Origin: an uncultured Pseudomonadota bacterium
Lineage (GTDB): Bacteria > Pseudomonadota > Alphaproteobacteria > UBA9219
Direction: 5' to 3'
DNA: 64,000 nucleotides
Assembly (NCBI GenBank): GCA_903869345.1
Contig: CAIPYM010000053.1
Span: 98-64,097 of the forward strand
The translations under genes were made by a program, and so were the position numbers. Of the stretch, positions 41,734 through 51,307 are shown piece after piece. Below the pieces are notes generated by a model that was not told the DNA's origin, ran no database searches, and saw only the letters and a program-made list of their open reading frames with translations. Numbering within the stretch: position 1 is the first letter of the stretch; every line of letters starts with the position of its first letter.

Positions 41734-42942
41734 TCAAACGACGTCCTCACACCCCGTTGCTTCTGAAGCCCTTGCGCTCTTCAGCTGCCCGCAAGCGGCG
41801 AGAATGTCCCGCCCACGTGGGGCACGGACGGGGCTCGCGTACCCCGCGCGGTGGATGATGGCGGCAAAGCGTGCGACGGTCGCGTCGTCGGAAGGCTCAA
41901 ACGGTGAGCCCGGCCACGCGTTGAAGGGGATCAGGTTGATCTTGGCCGGAATCCCCGAAAGAAGCCGCACGAGCGCTCGCGCGTCGTCGGGGCTGTCGTT
42001 GATTCCCTTCAGCATGATGTATTCAAACGTGATGCGGCGAGCGTTGGAAATCCCTGGGTAAGTGCGGCAGGCGGCTAACAGCGCACGGATCGGGTATTTG
42101 CGGTTGATCGGCATGATCGTGTCCCGCACCGCATCGGTGACGGCGTGCAAGCTAATGGCCAGGTTCACGCCGAGCTCGCGCCCGCAACGCTCAATCAGGG
42201 GCACGACGCCCGAGGTGGACAGCGTGACCTTGCGTTTCCCCAGCGCCAACCCCGAGCCGTCCATGATGATCCGCACGGCCTTGGCGACGTTGTCGTAATT
42301 GAAAAGCGGCTCGCCCATGCCCATCAAAACGAGGTTGGAGATTTTCCGGGTTTCGCGCGTCGAGGGCCAATCGTCCAGGGCATCCCGCGCCGCCAAGACT
42401 TGGCCCACAATCTCGCCCGCCGTGAGGTTCCGCGTCAGACGCTGCGTACCCGTGTGACAAAAACGACACGTCAGCGTGCATCCGACCTGGCTGGAGACGC
42501 ACAGCGTCCCACGATCCTCTTCGGGGATGAAGACGGTCTCGATGAACTGGCCGTCCTCCAGCGCCAACAGCCATTTCCGCGTGCCGTCCGTGGACACCTG
42601 TTCCGTCACAACGCGGGGCCGCGCCAGAGAAAACCGCTCGGTCAAAAGAGCCCGAACGGGCTTGGCGAGCGTCGTCAAGGCGTTCCAGTCCTGCAAGCCC
42701 CGATCGTACACGCCCCCCCACGTTTGCGCGACGCGAAAGGACTCCAGCCCCAGCGCCGCGAACGCCGAGGCAAGGTCCGCCCGGTCACGACCGATGAAGG
42801 AAGTCGGGGGGGCAGGATTCCCCACCGTCCCCTCGGCGAAGGCCGGGGTCCCGAGGGATTCCTCACCGCCCATCGCAACGTCTCGCGATTCCGGCTTGTG
42901 CCGAGATGACGGTGCTTCGTTTTGTTGTGCGTCTTGCGTCAT
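41734..42942 (-). CDS. rlmN: 23S rRNA m2A2503 methyltransferase (radical SAM); start uncertain
   Basis: [27 protein letters not shown]. Confidence 0.96.
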   Translation of the reverse strand: MTQDAQQNEAPSSRHKPESRDVAMGGEESLGTPAFAEGTVGNPAPPTSFIGRDRADLASAFAALGLESFRVAQTWGGVYDRGLQDWNALTTLAKPVRALLTERFSLARPRVVTEQVSTDGTRKWLLALEDGQFIETVFIPEEDRGTLCVSSQVGCTLTCRFCHTGTQRLTRNLTAGEIVGQVLAARDALDDWPSTRETRKISNLVLMGMGEPLFNYDNVAKAVRIIMDGSGLALGKRKVTLSTSGVVPLIERCGRELGVNLAISLHAVTDAVRDTIMPINRKYPIRALLAACRTYPGISNARRITFEYIMLKGINDSPDDARALVRLLSGIPAKINLIPFNAWPGSPFEPSDDATVARFAAIIHRAGYASPVRAPRGRDILAACGQLKSARASEATGCEDVV

Positions 42943-43143
42943 TCGTCCCTGTCCTCTGTCCCTCGCGGTTATAGGGCCTTTTTTCAGTCCCGGCCCCCTC
43001 CCCCGTCGTCCCGGCGAAGGCCGGGACCTCGAGAGACTGAGAGAACGCAAAGGACTCCCTCGGGATTCCGGCTTTCGCCGGAAGGTCGATTTTTTCTGCC
43101 CCATCCCCCCACCGACAATCCCGGCGAAGGCCGGGGTCCCGAG
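42831..43143. repeat. REP-like family A cluster (three units)
   Basis: Units at ~42831-42912, ~43004-43090 and ~43114-43143. Confidence 0.8.
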
Positions 43144-43179
43144 CCGTTTTTCCGGGGCGGCGTGAACTTTCCCCCGCCC

Positions 43180-43473
43180 TTACGTCGCCCCCGGCAACAT
43201 GAACCGACGGAGGGTGTCGGCTTCTTTTTTATCGGCCTCCAGGTGTTTTTGAAGGTCCGCGTTGGTGGCGGGCGACGGCACGTCCGTCGGGCGCGGAGGC
43301 ACCTCGGCCAAGTTCGGCCACGAGCGCTCGCCCTGGCGCGAAGGCGTTGCCACGTTGCGCGGCGCGGCAAAGACCTCGGCCGGGGGCTCCCCCGTGATCC
43401 ACGACGGCAAAGGCACGTTCGCGCATCCGCTTAAAAAGACGAGGAAGAGGACTGATGAGAATCGCCCTTTCAT
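43180..43473 (-). CDS. Small lipoprotein
   Basis: MKGRF + hydrophobic stretch + LSGC lipobox; WPNLAEVP. Confidence 0.7.
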   Translation of the reverse strand: MKGRFSSVLFLVFLSGCANVPLPSWITGEPPAEVFAAPRNVATPSRQGERSWPNLAEVPPRPTDVPSPATNADLQKHLEADKKEADTLRRFMLPGAT

Positions 43474-43522
43474 GGTAAAAGGAAAGTCCCTCCTTCGTCG
43501 CGTCTTTCGTGAATCGTGTGCC

Positions 43523-45652
43523 ATGACCCTAGCAGATCGCCGCTCTAAAGCCAAAAAGAAGGCCTCCAAACGGAAGGCCGCACCGCCCGTCGCCGCGCCC
43601 TCGGCCGAGCCCGACCCCCTGAAGGCCCTCGCCTCGGCGATGGCCAAGGTCCGCGCTAAACCGGGCCCTGGCCCTAAGTCGGCCACGCCCCGTGCCAAAT
43701 CGCGTCGGAGCCGCCCAGCCCCTGCCGCCTTGCCGACTGATCCTGCTCCGGTCCAGGCCGCCCCTGCCGCCACAGCGTCCAGGCCGGAGGCACCTTCCTC
43801 CCCCCGCCGGGGTTCGCCCCCCCCTCCCCCTCCCCCTCCCCCACCGTCGGAATCCGGGACGTCCTGGCCGGACGCGAGCGAATGGGCCGCGATTCTTGTG
43901 CGCGTGGCCCTTCAAAGCCGGGAGCGCGTGCAGGATTACCTGAGCCACCGCCCGGCTTCGCCCGCCGTGCTCCCTGTGTCGGACTTTGCGCCCATGATCC
44001 AGGCGTTTTCCGAACTCACCGGGCGTCTGCTCGATGAACCCGACCGCCTGACCGAGGCGCATCTCGCGTTTTGGCAAGATTACGTGCGCCTCTGTCAGGC
44101 CGCGCTGGCCCGTGCAGCGGGGCAAGAAGCCGAGCCCGTCGTGACACCCCGCGCGGGGGATCGTCGGTTTCAAGACCCCGCGTGGCGCGAGGTCTGGCTG
44201 TTCGATTTCATCAAACAGTCTTACCTGTTAGCCACACACTTGGTGCAGGACTTGGCCGCAAAAGCCGACGGCCTCAGCCCCCTCCAGGCTCAACGAATCG
44301 AATTTTACACGCGCCAAGCAACCGACGCGTGTGCGCCCACGAATTTTTGGATCACCAACCCCGAAGTGCTTCGGAAGACCGCCGAAACGCACGGCGAAAA
44401 TCTGATCAAGGGCCTGGACAACCTGTTGACGGATCTGGAGCGCGGCCACGGCCGCTTGGCCATCAGCCTCAGCGACACGCAGGCGTTTCGCTTGGGCGAG
44501 ACCCTGGCGACCACACCCGGAAAAGTTGTGTTTCAGAACGAGCTGTTTCAGCTTTTGCAGTACACACCGCAGACGCCCAAGACGTTCCAAACGCCGCTTT
44601 TGATCGTGCCGCCGTGGATCAACAAATACTACGTTCTCGATCTGCGGGAGAAAAACTCGTTCATCCGGTACCTCGTTGCCGAAGGGCACACCGTGTTTTG
44701 CGTGTCGTGGGTTAACCCCGACGCGCGGCACAAGGCCATTGGGTTTGAGGACTACCTCGACCTCGGCTTGTTGACGGCGCTGCGTGAAGCTGGCCGCGCG
44801 GCCGGGGCGCACGAGGTCAACGTGATGGGGTACTGCATCGGGGGCACGCTGCTCGCCTCGGCCCTGGCGTACATCGCCGCGCTCGGGCCCAAGGCCCCTG
44901 CGGACCTGCCCCATGTCCGCAGCGCAACCTACCTGACAACCCTTGTGGATTTTTCCGAACCCGGCGATCTCGGCGTTTTCATCAATGACGAGCAAATCAG
45001 CCTGATTGAAGAGCGCATGGAGGAGCAAGGCGGCTACTTGGACGCGTATGCGCTGACGTCCACGTTCAACATTCTCCGCGCGAACGACCTTGTGTGGTCC
45101 TTCGTCATCAACAATTACCTGCTGGGCAAGGAGCCCTTTCCGTTCGACCTTTTGGCCTGGAACATGGACGCCACCAACCTCCCGGCGGCCATGCAGAGCT
45201 TTTACCTCCGCAACATGTACCTCAAGAACCTTTTAATGCAGCCGGACGGATTGGCGATGAAGGGCGTGCCGTTGGATATGCGCCGCATCACAACCCCGAC
45301 GTTCCTCATGGCCGCGCGCGATGACCATATTGCCCCGTGGCGGTCCGTGTACACGGCCACGCAGCTTTACGGCGGCCCCGTCACGTTTGTGTTAGCCGAT
45401 TCGGGCCATATCGCGGGGGTTGTGAATCCACCGGCCGCCAACAAGTACGCCTACATGACCAACGCCAAACTGCCCCCCGAACCCGAGGCCTGGTTAGCCG
45501 ATGGCGAAAGCCAGCCGGGGTCCTGGTGGCCCGCTTGGATGCAGTGGCTTGCGGATTATGCCGGACCCCGCGTTCCCGCCCGCGAGCCCGGTGCCTTGGG
45601 TCCCGTCATTGAAGACGCCCCCGGCAGTTACGTGAAAGTCCGAGCGGGATAA
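43523..45652 (+). CDS. phaC: Class I PHA synthase with long K/A/P-rich N-terminus; start uncertain
   Basis: DRRF, PPWINKYYVLDL, lipase box GYCIGG, DHIAPW, SGHIAG. Confidence 0.95.
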   Translation: MTLADRRSKAKKKASKRKAAPPVAAPSAEPDPLKALASAMAKVRAKPGPGPKSATPRAKSRRSRPAPAALPTDPAPVQAAPAATASRPEAPSSPRRGSPPPPPPPPPPSESGTSWPDASEWAAILVRVALQSRERVQDYLSHRPASPAVLPVSDFAPMIQAFSELTGRLLDEPDRLTEAHLAFWQDYVRLCQAALARAAGQEAEPVVTPRAGDRRFQDPAWREVWLFDFIKQSYLLATHLVQDLAAKADGLSPLQAQRIEFYTRQATDACAPTNFWITNPEVLRKTAETHGENLIKGLDNLLTDLERGHGRLAISLSDTQAFRLGETLATTPGKVVFQNELFQLLQYTPQTPKTFQTPLLIVPPWINKYYVLDLREKNSFIRYLVAEGHTVFCVSWVNPDARHKAIGFEDYLDLGLLTALREAGRAAGAHEVNVMGYCIGGTLLASALAYIAALGPKAPADLPHVRSATYLTTLVDFSEPGDLGVFINDEQISLIEERMEEQGGYLDAYALTSTFNILRANDLVWSFVINNYLLGKEPFPFDLLAWNMDATNLPAAMQSFYLRNMYLKNLLMQPDGLAMKGVPLDMRRITTPTFLMAARDDHIAPWRSVYTATQLYGGPVTFVLADSGHIAGVVNPPAANKYAYMTNAKLPPEPEAWLADGESQPGSWWPAWMQWLADYAGPRVPAREPGALGPVIEDAPGSYVKVRAG

Positions 45653-45698
45653 AGCCACCGTTCCCCTCTCTGTCTTGGGGAGGTAAGGGGGTCCGGGA

Positions 45699-46049
45699 TC
45701 AAGGGGCGTGGCTTACGTTGTCCCCTTCCGTGAACCAGAGACGGCCTCGGCGGTCTTCAATTTCCAAAATCCAAGCGTCCGAATCAAAGGATCCGTAGCG
45801 CTCAAGACAGGCCTCAGCCTCGGCATCGGGCAAGGGGTCCGTCGCGCCCAGGGGGTTCCAGGCGGGGGAGCCGTCATCGCGGGCGACTTGTTCCAGGACT
45901 CGCGCCGTGCCGTTTAAAAGGTTGATTTTGATCAAAAGACTCCCGCTGTCGGGATCCCCTCGGTGACGCACGACGATGGGCACGCCTTCGCTGGCCGCGC
46001 GGCGAATCGTGGCCGCGACCCAGAGACCTGGGGGCAAGCGGTCCGTCAT
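45699..46049 (-). CDS. DUF1491 family protein
   Basis: RLP.GLWV.A, RGDPDSGSLLIK, FDSDAWILEIEDR. Confidence 0.88.
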   Translation of the reverse strand: MTDRLPPGLWVAATIRRAASEGVPIVVRHRGDPDSGSLLIKINLLNGTARVLEQVARDDGSPAWNPLGATDPLPDAEAEACLERYGSFDSDAWILEIEDRRGRLWFTEGDNVSHAP

Positions 46050-46873
46050 GGGGTCAAGGTCGGCACAAAATCGGGGTACGGCACATCAACGTGGCGATCC
46101 AGGCCAAGGGCCGTCAGCGAAATGTAGCCAGCTGCAAGAGCTTCGCGTTCACTGCCAGGGGGTGGTGGGGGACAGCGATGGCCAACCATCAGCCAATAAT
46201 AGGATTGGCCACGGGGATTCTTGTTCTCCTCAACCACCACCCCTGAGATGTTCCCTCGTTCCTGGTGGCGGCTCCAACGAAAGCCCTTGATGGCTTCAGG
46301 AGAACAGTCCGGGAAATTTACGCTTAGGCATGTGTCCTTCGGCCATGCCTGCCGGATAAGGTGGTGAAGGGCACAATGAGTCCACGCCTGAGCCGTCTTT
46401 AAGAAGGCGGGATTTCGTTTGGCATACCGTTGGCTGAGGGCGATTCCGGGCACGCCCAGCATCAAGCTTACAAGCACGGCTCCGACAGTCCCCGAGGGCG
46501 TGTAATCATCGCCCATGTTTGCGCCGTCGTTGATGCCCGAAAGGATCAGGGTGGGCGGCAAGTCTTTCATCACATGGTTGATCGCCAACGCCACACAATC
46601 GCCCGGCGTGCCCGTCACGGCCCAACGCCGAGGCCCCCCTTTGTTTAACAGAAAAAGGGGTCTTGTGGTGGTGATGGCTTGGCTGGCTCCGCTTTGGTCA
46701 TGGTCGGGCGCGACAACCCACACGTCGTCGGCAAACGCGTGGGCGATTTCCTCCAGCATCGAAAGACCTGGAGCCTCAATGCCGTCATCGTTGGTGATGA
46801 GCACCCGAGGAAGTTTTTCGCGGAGCGAATCACCGGGCAAAAGCGGCGGAGCAAAGGAAGGGGGGGATATCAT
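46046..46873 (-). CDS. surE: 5'/3'-nucleotidase SurE
   Basis: LITNDDGI, QSGAS, GTPGDC, SGIN.G.N, SGTVGA. Confidence 0.95.
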   Translation of the reverse strand: MISPPSFAPPLLPGDSLREKLPRVLITNDDGIEAPGLSMLEEIAHAFADDVWVVAPDHDQSGASQAITTTRPLFLLNKGGPRRWAVTGTPGDCVALAINHVMKDLPPTLILSGINDGANMGDDYTPSGTVGAVLVSLMLGVPGIALSQRYAKRNPAFLKTAQAWTHCALHHLIRQAWPKDTCLSVNFPDCSPEAIKGFRWSRHQERGNISGVVVEENKNPRGQSYYWLMVGHRCPPPPPGSEREALAAGYISLTALGLDRHVDVPYPDFVPTLTP

Positions 46874-46910
46874 GGGGAATCAATCCTTTTTGTCGTCGCA
46901 TCTCTTTTTC

Positions 46911-46996
46911 CCCGTCACCCCGGCGAAAGCCGGGGTTCCTGGTTCATCTGTCACGGAAAACGGCTCTGGATCCCGGCTTTCGCCGGGATGACGGGG
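46911..46996. repeat. REP-like family A inverted pair
   Basis: CGTCACCCCGGCGAAAGCCGGGGTTCC ... GGATCCCGGCTTTCGCCGGGATGACG. Confidence 0.88.
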
Positions 46997-47062
46997 GAGA
47001 GGGCCGGGTTGAGAAACAGGGTCATGTTATGTTGTGCCGCAGTATCCCCTTTTTCTTCCGCC

Positions 47063-48334
47063 CTACGCCTGCGCCAAACGCTGCGCGGGCTTGCGGTCGC
47101 TGTGCACGAGCAGGGGCGGGACCTTGCCTTCGACCACGTCGCGGTTGACGACGACTTTTTCAAGCCCCGCCGTACCGGGAAGATCGAACATGGATTCCAA
47201 GAGGACGTTTTCGAGAATGGACCGCAGACCCCGCGCCCCGGATTTCCGCAGGATAGCTTTTTGCGCAATCGACTTAAGGCCGTCCTCGGTCACTTCCAGA
47301 TTCACGTTTTCCATCTCAAAGAGGCGCTGGAACTGCTTCACAATCGCGTTCTTGGGGCGAACGAGAATGTCCACCAGCGCGGCCTCGTCCAAATCGGCCA
47401 ACGTTGCGACCACGGGCAAGCGCCCAATGAACTCGGGGATCAGGCCGAATTTGAGCAAGTCATCGGGCTCCACGTCGCGCAAAACGTCGCCCACGCGCCG
47501 ATCATCCGGCCCGCGCACGTCCGCGCCGAAGCCAATGGACGAACCGCGCCCGCGCGCGGCCACGATTTTATCGAGCCCGGCGAACGCGCCTCCGCAAATG
47601 AACAGAATGTTCGTCGTGTCCACTTGCAGGAATTCTTGCTGCGGGTGCTTACGTCCACCCTGCGGGGGGACCGAAGCCACCGTGCCTTCCATGATCTTCA
47701 AGAGCGCCTGTTGAACGCCCTCCCCCGACACGTCCCGCGTGATCGAGGGGTTGTCGGATTTGCGGCTGATCTTATCGATTTCGTCAATGTAGACGATGCC
47801 GCGCTGCGCCCGCTCCACGTTGTAGTCCGAGGCCTGCAGCAGCTTGAGGATGATGTTTTCGACGTCCTCGCCAACGTACCCGGCTTCGGTAAGCGTGGTC
47901 GCATCCGCCATGGTGAAGGGCACGTCAATGATTCGGGCGAGAGTCTGCGCCAGCAGAGTCTTGCCGCATCCCGTCGGACCGATCAGCAAGATGTTTGATT
48001 TGGCAAGTTCCACGTCGCTGCTGCGTGAGCCGTGCGCGAGCCGCTTGTAATGGTTGTGCACGGCGACGGACAGAACGCGCTTGGCGTGTTCCTGGCCCAC
48101 GACGTAGTCATCCAAGACGGTCTTGATGTCGCGGGGCGTAGGGACGCCATCGCGCGATTTCACAAGCGTTGTCTTGCTTTCTTCGCGGATGATGTCGGTG
48201 CAGAGCTCGACGCATTCATCGCAGATGAACACCGTCGGGCCCGCGATGAGCTTGCGGACCTCGTGCTGGCTCTTGCCGCAGAAGGAGCAGTAGAGCGTGC
48301 TCTTGGCGTCGCCGCCTGTCGTCTTTGCCGTCAT
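47063..48334 (-). CDS. clpX: ATP-dependent Clp protease ATP-binding subunit ClpX
   Basis: CSFCGK zinc finger, [19 protein letters not shown] loop. Confidence 0.98.
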   Translation of the reverse strand: MTAKTTGGDAKSTLYCSFCGKSQHEVRKLIAGPTVFICDECVELCTDIIREESKTTLVKSRDGVPTPRDIKTVLDDYVVGQEHAKRVLSVAVHNHYKRLAHGSRSSDVELAKSNILLIGPTGCGKTLLAQTLARIIDVPFTMADATTLTEAGYVGEDVENIILKLLQASDYNVERAQRGIVYIDEIDKISRKSDNPSITRDVSGEGVQQALLKIMEGTVASVPPQGGRKHPQQEFLQVDTTNILFICGGAFAGLDKIVAARGRGSSIGFGADVRGPDDRRVGDVLRDVEPDDLLKFGLIPEFIGRLPVVATLADLDEAALVDILVRPKNAIVKQFQRLFEMENVNLEVTEDGLKSIAQKAILRKSGARGLRSILENVLLESMFDLPGTAGLEKVVVNRDVVEGKVPPLLVHSDRKPAQRLAQA

Positions 48335-48495
48335 ACCCCTCAACGCCTCCCACCGGACCGAGCCCGAGGACCACACTCGCCAAAGCCCCTGACCCGAGTC
48401 TTAACCGTTGGACCCGTCCGCCGTCAATCAAAAGGCTCAAAAAGTGCTCTTCCTCTCAACGATCCCAACGGGAACCCTGGAAGGGCCGTCATCTG

Positions 48496-49653
48496 CTACG
48501 TGGCGTTCCACCCGGCCAGCCAACGCTCAAAGGCGTCGGGAGGAATCGGAGGGCTCATGTAGATACCCTGGGCAAAATCGCAGCCACGCGCGGCAAGCTG
48601 ACTCCAAATCTCCTCGTTTTCGACGCCCTCGGCGATGATTCGGAGCCCCAGGTTATGCCCAAGATCGATAATGGCCTTCACAATCACGGCGCAATCGGGA
48701 TGGTCCACCATGCCCATGACGAAGCTTTTATCAATCTTCATTTCGCTAAAGGGCATACGTTGGAGTTCGCGCAGCGACGAGTGCCCCGTGCCGAAATCAT
48801 CCACCGACACGCCGATGTTGCGCAAACGCATGCGCAACAAGACGTCCATGGTGCGCGTGACGTCGCGCATGGCCTCAGTTTCCGTGACTTCAATGACCAA
48901 GCTTTCCGGGTGGACGTTGTTCTGCAGACACTGGGACGCGATTCGATCCGGAAGCCCGAGCTCCAAAAGGGACGAGGCGGTGACGTTGATCGACACCGTC
49001 AGAGAATACCCCGCCCTGTCCCACGCGGCGGATTGCCGCACGGCCGACGTGATGGCGAACTCGGTCAGAGGCTGCATGAGGCCTTCTTGGGTGATTTGAT
49101 CCAAGAAGGAATCCGGCGCGAGAATGCCGCGCGTGGGGTGATTCCACCGCATCAGGGCTTCGGCCCCTTTGACGCTCCGGGTCGCGATGTTGACGACCGG
49201 TTGGTAGTACAAGAGGAACTCGCCCGACGCGATGGCTTGGGCCAGACGCGACTCGCCGCTCGACCGCGCAGGGGCGAGGGCAGGCGGTTCAGCTATTTGA
49301 TCCAGGAGGGTGCGTAACGCCCCAACATCAATAGGTTTTTCAAGGGTCGCTACAACGTTCAGCCCATGAGCATTGCCCAAGCGTCGTGCACTGCTCAAAA
49401 CCCGCGCGTCACTTCCGCTCATCAAGGCAATTTTGGATTCACGCACATGATCGCTGAGGAGCCGTAACAGCTCGACGCCGTCGGTGCCCGGCATCATCAA
49501 ATCCAGAAGAATCACGTCCGGCACGGCGCGAAGAACCTCACCCGCGACCCTTGCAGGATCCGAGATCGTTGTGACGTCAAAGCCCTTCTTTTCAGCAACC
49601 TCCGCGATCATCGCGCACAGGTCTTCTTCGTCATCAATGACAAGTAGGCGCAT
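48496..49653 (-). CDS. Response regulator with EAL c-di-GMP phosphodiesterase domain
   Basis: REC (VIDD, LDLMMP, EKP) + EALMRW, DDFGTG, KIDKSF, AEGVE. Confidence 0.93.
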   Translation of the reverse strand: MRLLVIDDEEDLCAMIAEVAEKKGFDVTTISDPARVAGEVLRAVPDVILLDLMMPGTDGVELLRLLSDHVRESKIALMSGSDARVLSSARRLGNAHGLNVVATLEKPIDVGALRTLLDQIAEPPALAPARSSGESRLAQAIASGEFLLYYQPVVNIATRSVKGAEALMRWNHPTRGILAPDSFLDQITQEGLMQPLTEFAITSAVRQSAAWDRAGYSLTVSINVTASSLLELGLPDRIASQCLQNNVHPESLVIEVTETEAMRDVTRTMDVLLRMRLRNIGVSVDDFGTGHSSLRELQRMPFSEMKIDKSFVMGMVDHPDCAVIVKAIIDLGHNLGLRIIAEGVENEEIWSQLAARGCDFAQGIYMSPPIPPDAFERWLAGWNAT

Positions 49654-49751
49654 AGGGACGGTCCTGGAGAATCAGAGGCGGGGTGGACACGAAGGCAGAC
49701 GCATAGTGCGCCCTCTCGCGTGGGGCTTCAACGTGTTGTTAACGCTATTTT

Positions 49752-51122
49752 TCACGGCGCGGGACAGAGAAAACCCACCTTCGCCCGCAGGTACGCGGCG
49801 AGGTCAGTGGCCGGGATATCGGCCTGAGTCTTTTGGGCCAGGTCTTTGACGGCCACAACGCCTCGGGTGGCCTCGGCGCTGCCCAAAATCACGACAAACG
49901 GGATGCCCAGCTTGTCGGCGCGGCGGAGTTGCTTGTCGAGCTTCGTGCCCTCCAGGTGCGTCTCCACATTCAGCCCCGCGCGGCGAAGCTCGGCCCCAAG
50001 AGCCAGGCACGCCGGGCGAAGCGCGGGCTCAACTTGGGCGATCAGCACGTGCGTGCCCTCGGTGACAGAATCCGGCGGCAACGCTCCGATGCTGCGAAGC
50101 TGCTCGAACAGCCGCGTCGCGCCGATGGAGATCCCAACCCCCGGCAGACGGGAGCGCGTGTAGTACCCCGCGAGGTCCTCGTACCGCCCGCCCGAGCAGA
50201 TGCTGCCAAAGCCAGGATGGTTGTCCAGAAACGTCTCGTAGACCGTGCCCGTGTAGTAATCGAGCCCCCGAGCAATGCGGAGATCCAACCGCACGCGCCC
50301 CTCGGGAACGCCCAGTGCCTTCAGCGCAATCCCCATGGCGGCCACTTCCTGCACGCCTTCGGTGTAAAGAGGCTGATTGAGGGCCAGCGACTGCAGAGCC
50401 CGCGTGACCTCGTCCGAGGTGCCCTCCAAGGTCACCAGCCGTCCCAACGGTTCGGCCAGCTCCGTCCGCCCAAGGGCCGCAAGGGATTCCCGCAGCCCCT
50501 CCATCCCCGTCTTGTCCAGCTTATCAATCGCCCGCAGAATGGGCTCTTGCGCCTCCGGCCCCACCGCGCCGTGCGCCTCCAGAAACCCGCGCAGCACTTT
50601 GCGGTTGCTGAAATGGATCGTGAAAGGCGGCAAGCTCAGGTCCGTAAAAATCCCGACGATGATCGCGGGGATTTCAGCATCGTGCAGCGGATCGAGCGCG
50701 TCCTTGCCAATCACGTCAATGTCGCACTGGGTAAACTCCCGCTCCCGCCCCAGCTGGGGACGCTCCCCCCGGTAAACGCGCTGAATCTGGTAGCGCCGAA
50801 AGGGAAACGCCAGGTCGCGCTCGTGCATCGCCACGTACCGAGCGAGCGGGACCGTCAGGTCAAACCGCAGCGCAAGCTCGGGCGCGTGCCCCTGCTGCAA
50901 CGCCCCCGTGGACTGCACAAAGTACACCTGCTTTTCCGTCTCACCGCCCGATTTGGTGAGCAACACATCTTTCATCTCAAAGACCGGCGTTTCGATGGGG
51001 CCGAACCCAAAGCGCTCAAACCCCTTGCGGATCACGTCCAGCATGCGTTGAAACTGCCGCTGCTCGCGGGGGAGGAGCTCAAGCGTGCCCGAGGGAATCC
51101 GAGGAGCAATCAGCGGCGGCAT
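49752..51122 (-). CDS. hisS: Histidine--tRNA ligase
   Basis: LRFDLTVPLARY, YRGERPQ.GR.REF, RGLDYYTG, GGRY. Confidence 0.97.
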   Translation of the reverse strand: MPPLIAPRIPSGTLELLPREQRQFQRMLDVIRKGFERFGFGPIETPVFEMKDVLLTKSGGETEKQVYFVQSTGALQQGHAPELALRFDLTVPLARYVAMHERDLAFPFRRYQIQRVYRGERPQLGREREFTQCDIDVIGKDALDPLHDAEIPAIIVGIFTDLSLPPFTIHFSNRKVLRGFLEAHGAVGPEAQEPILRAIDKLDKTGMEGLRESLAALGRTELAEPLGRLVTLEGTSDEVTRALQSLALNQPLYTEGVQEVAAMGIALKALGVPEGRVRLDLRIARGLDYYTGTVYETFLDNHPGFGSICSGGRYEDLAGYYTRSRLPGVGISIGATRLFEQLRSIGALPPDSVTEGTHVLIAQVEPALRPACLALGAELRRAGLNVETHLEGTKLDKQLRRADKLGIPFVVILGSAEATRGVVAVKDLAQKTQADIPATDLAAYLRAKVGFLCPAP

Positions 51123-51307
51123 AGCGAAAACGCACCCTTTCGTGGGGGAAAACGAGGCCAGGACCTTCCACTTATAGCCGACCTAAGTGGAAAAAATCCA
51201 CGGCCTGACACGGTCTGAAGGCGTTCAAGAGGCTTGTCGAACCAAGGGTTGATCGCCAAAATGCCGTCTTTTCGCCCTCTAGGACGTTTGTGAAGGATCC
51301 TTTCACG

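Noticed and set aside
812-46996. Repeats as a CRISPR array
   Set aside because: Dispersed inverted pairs, not tandem direct repeats with regular spacers; no cas genes
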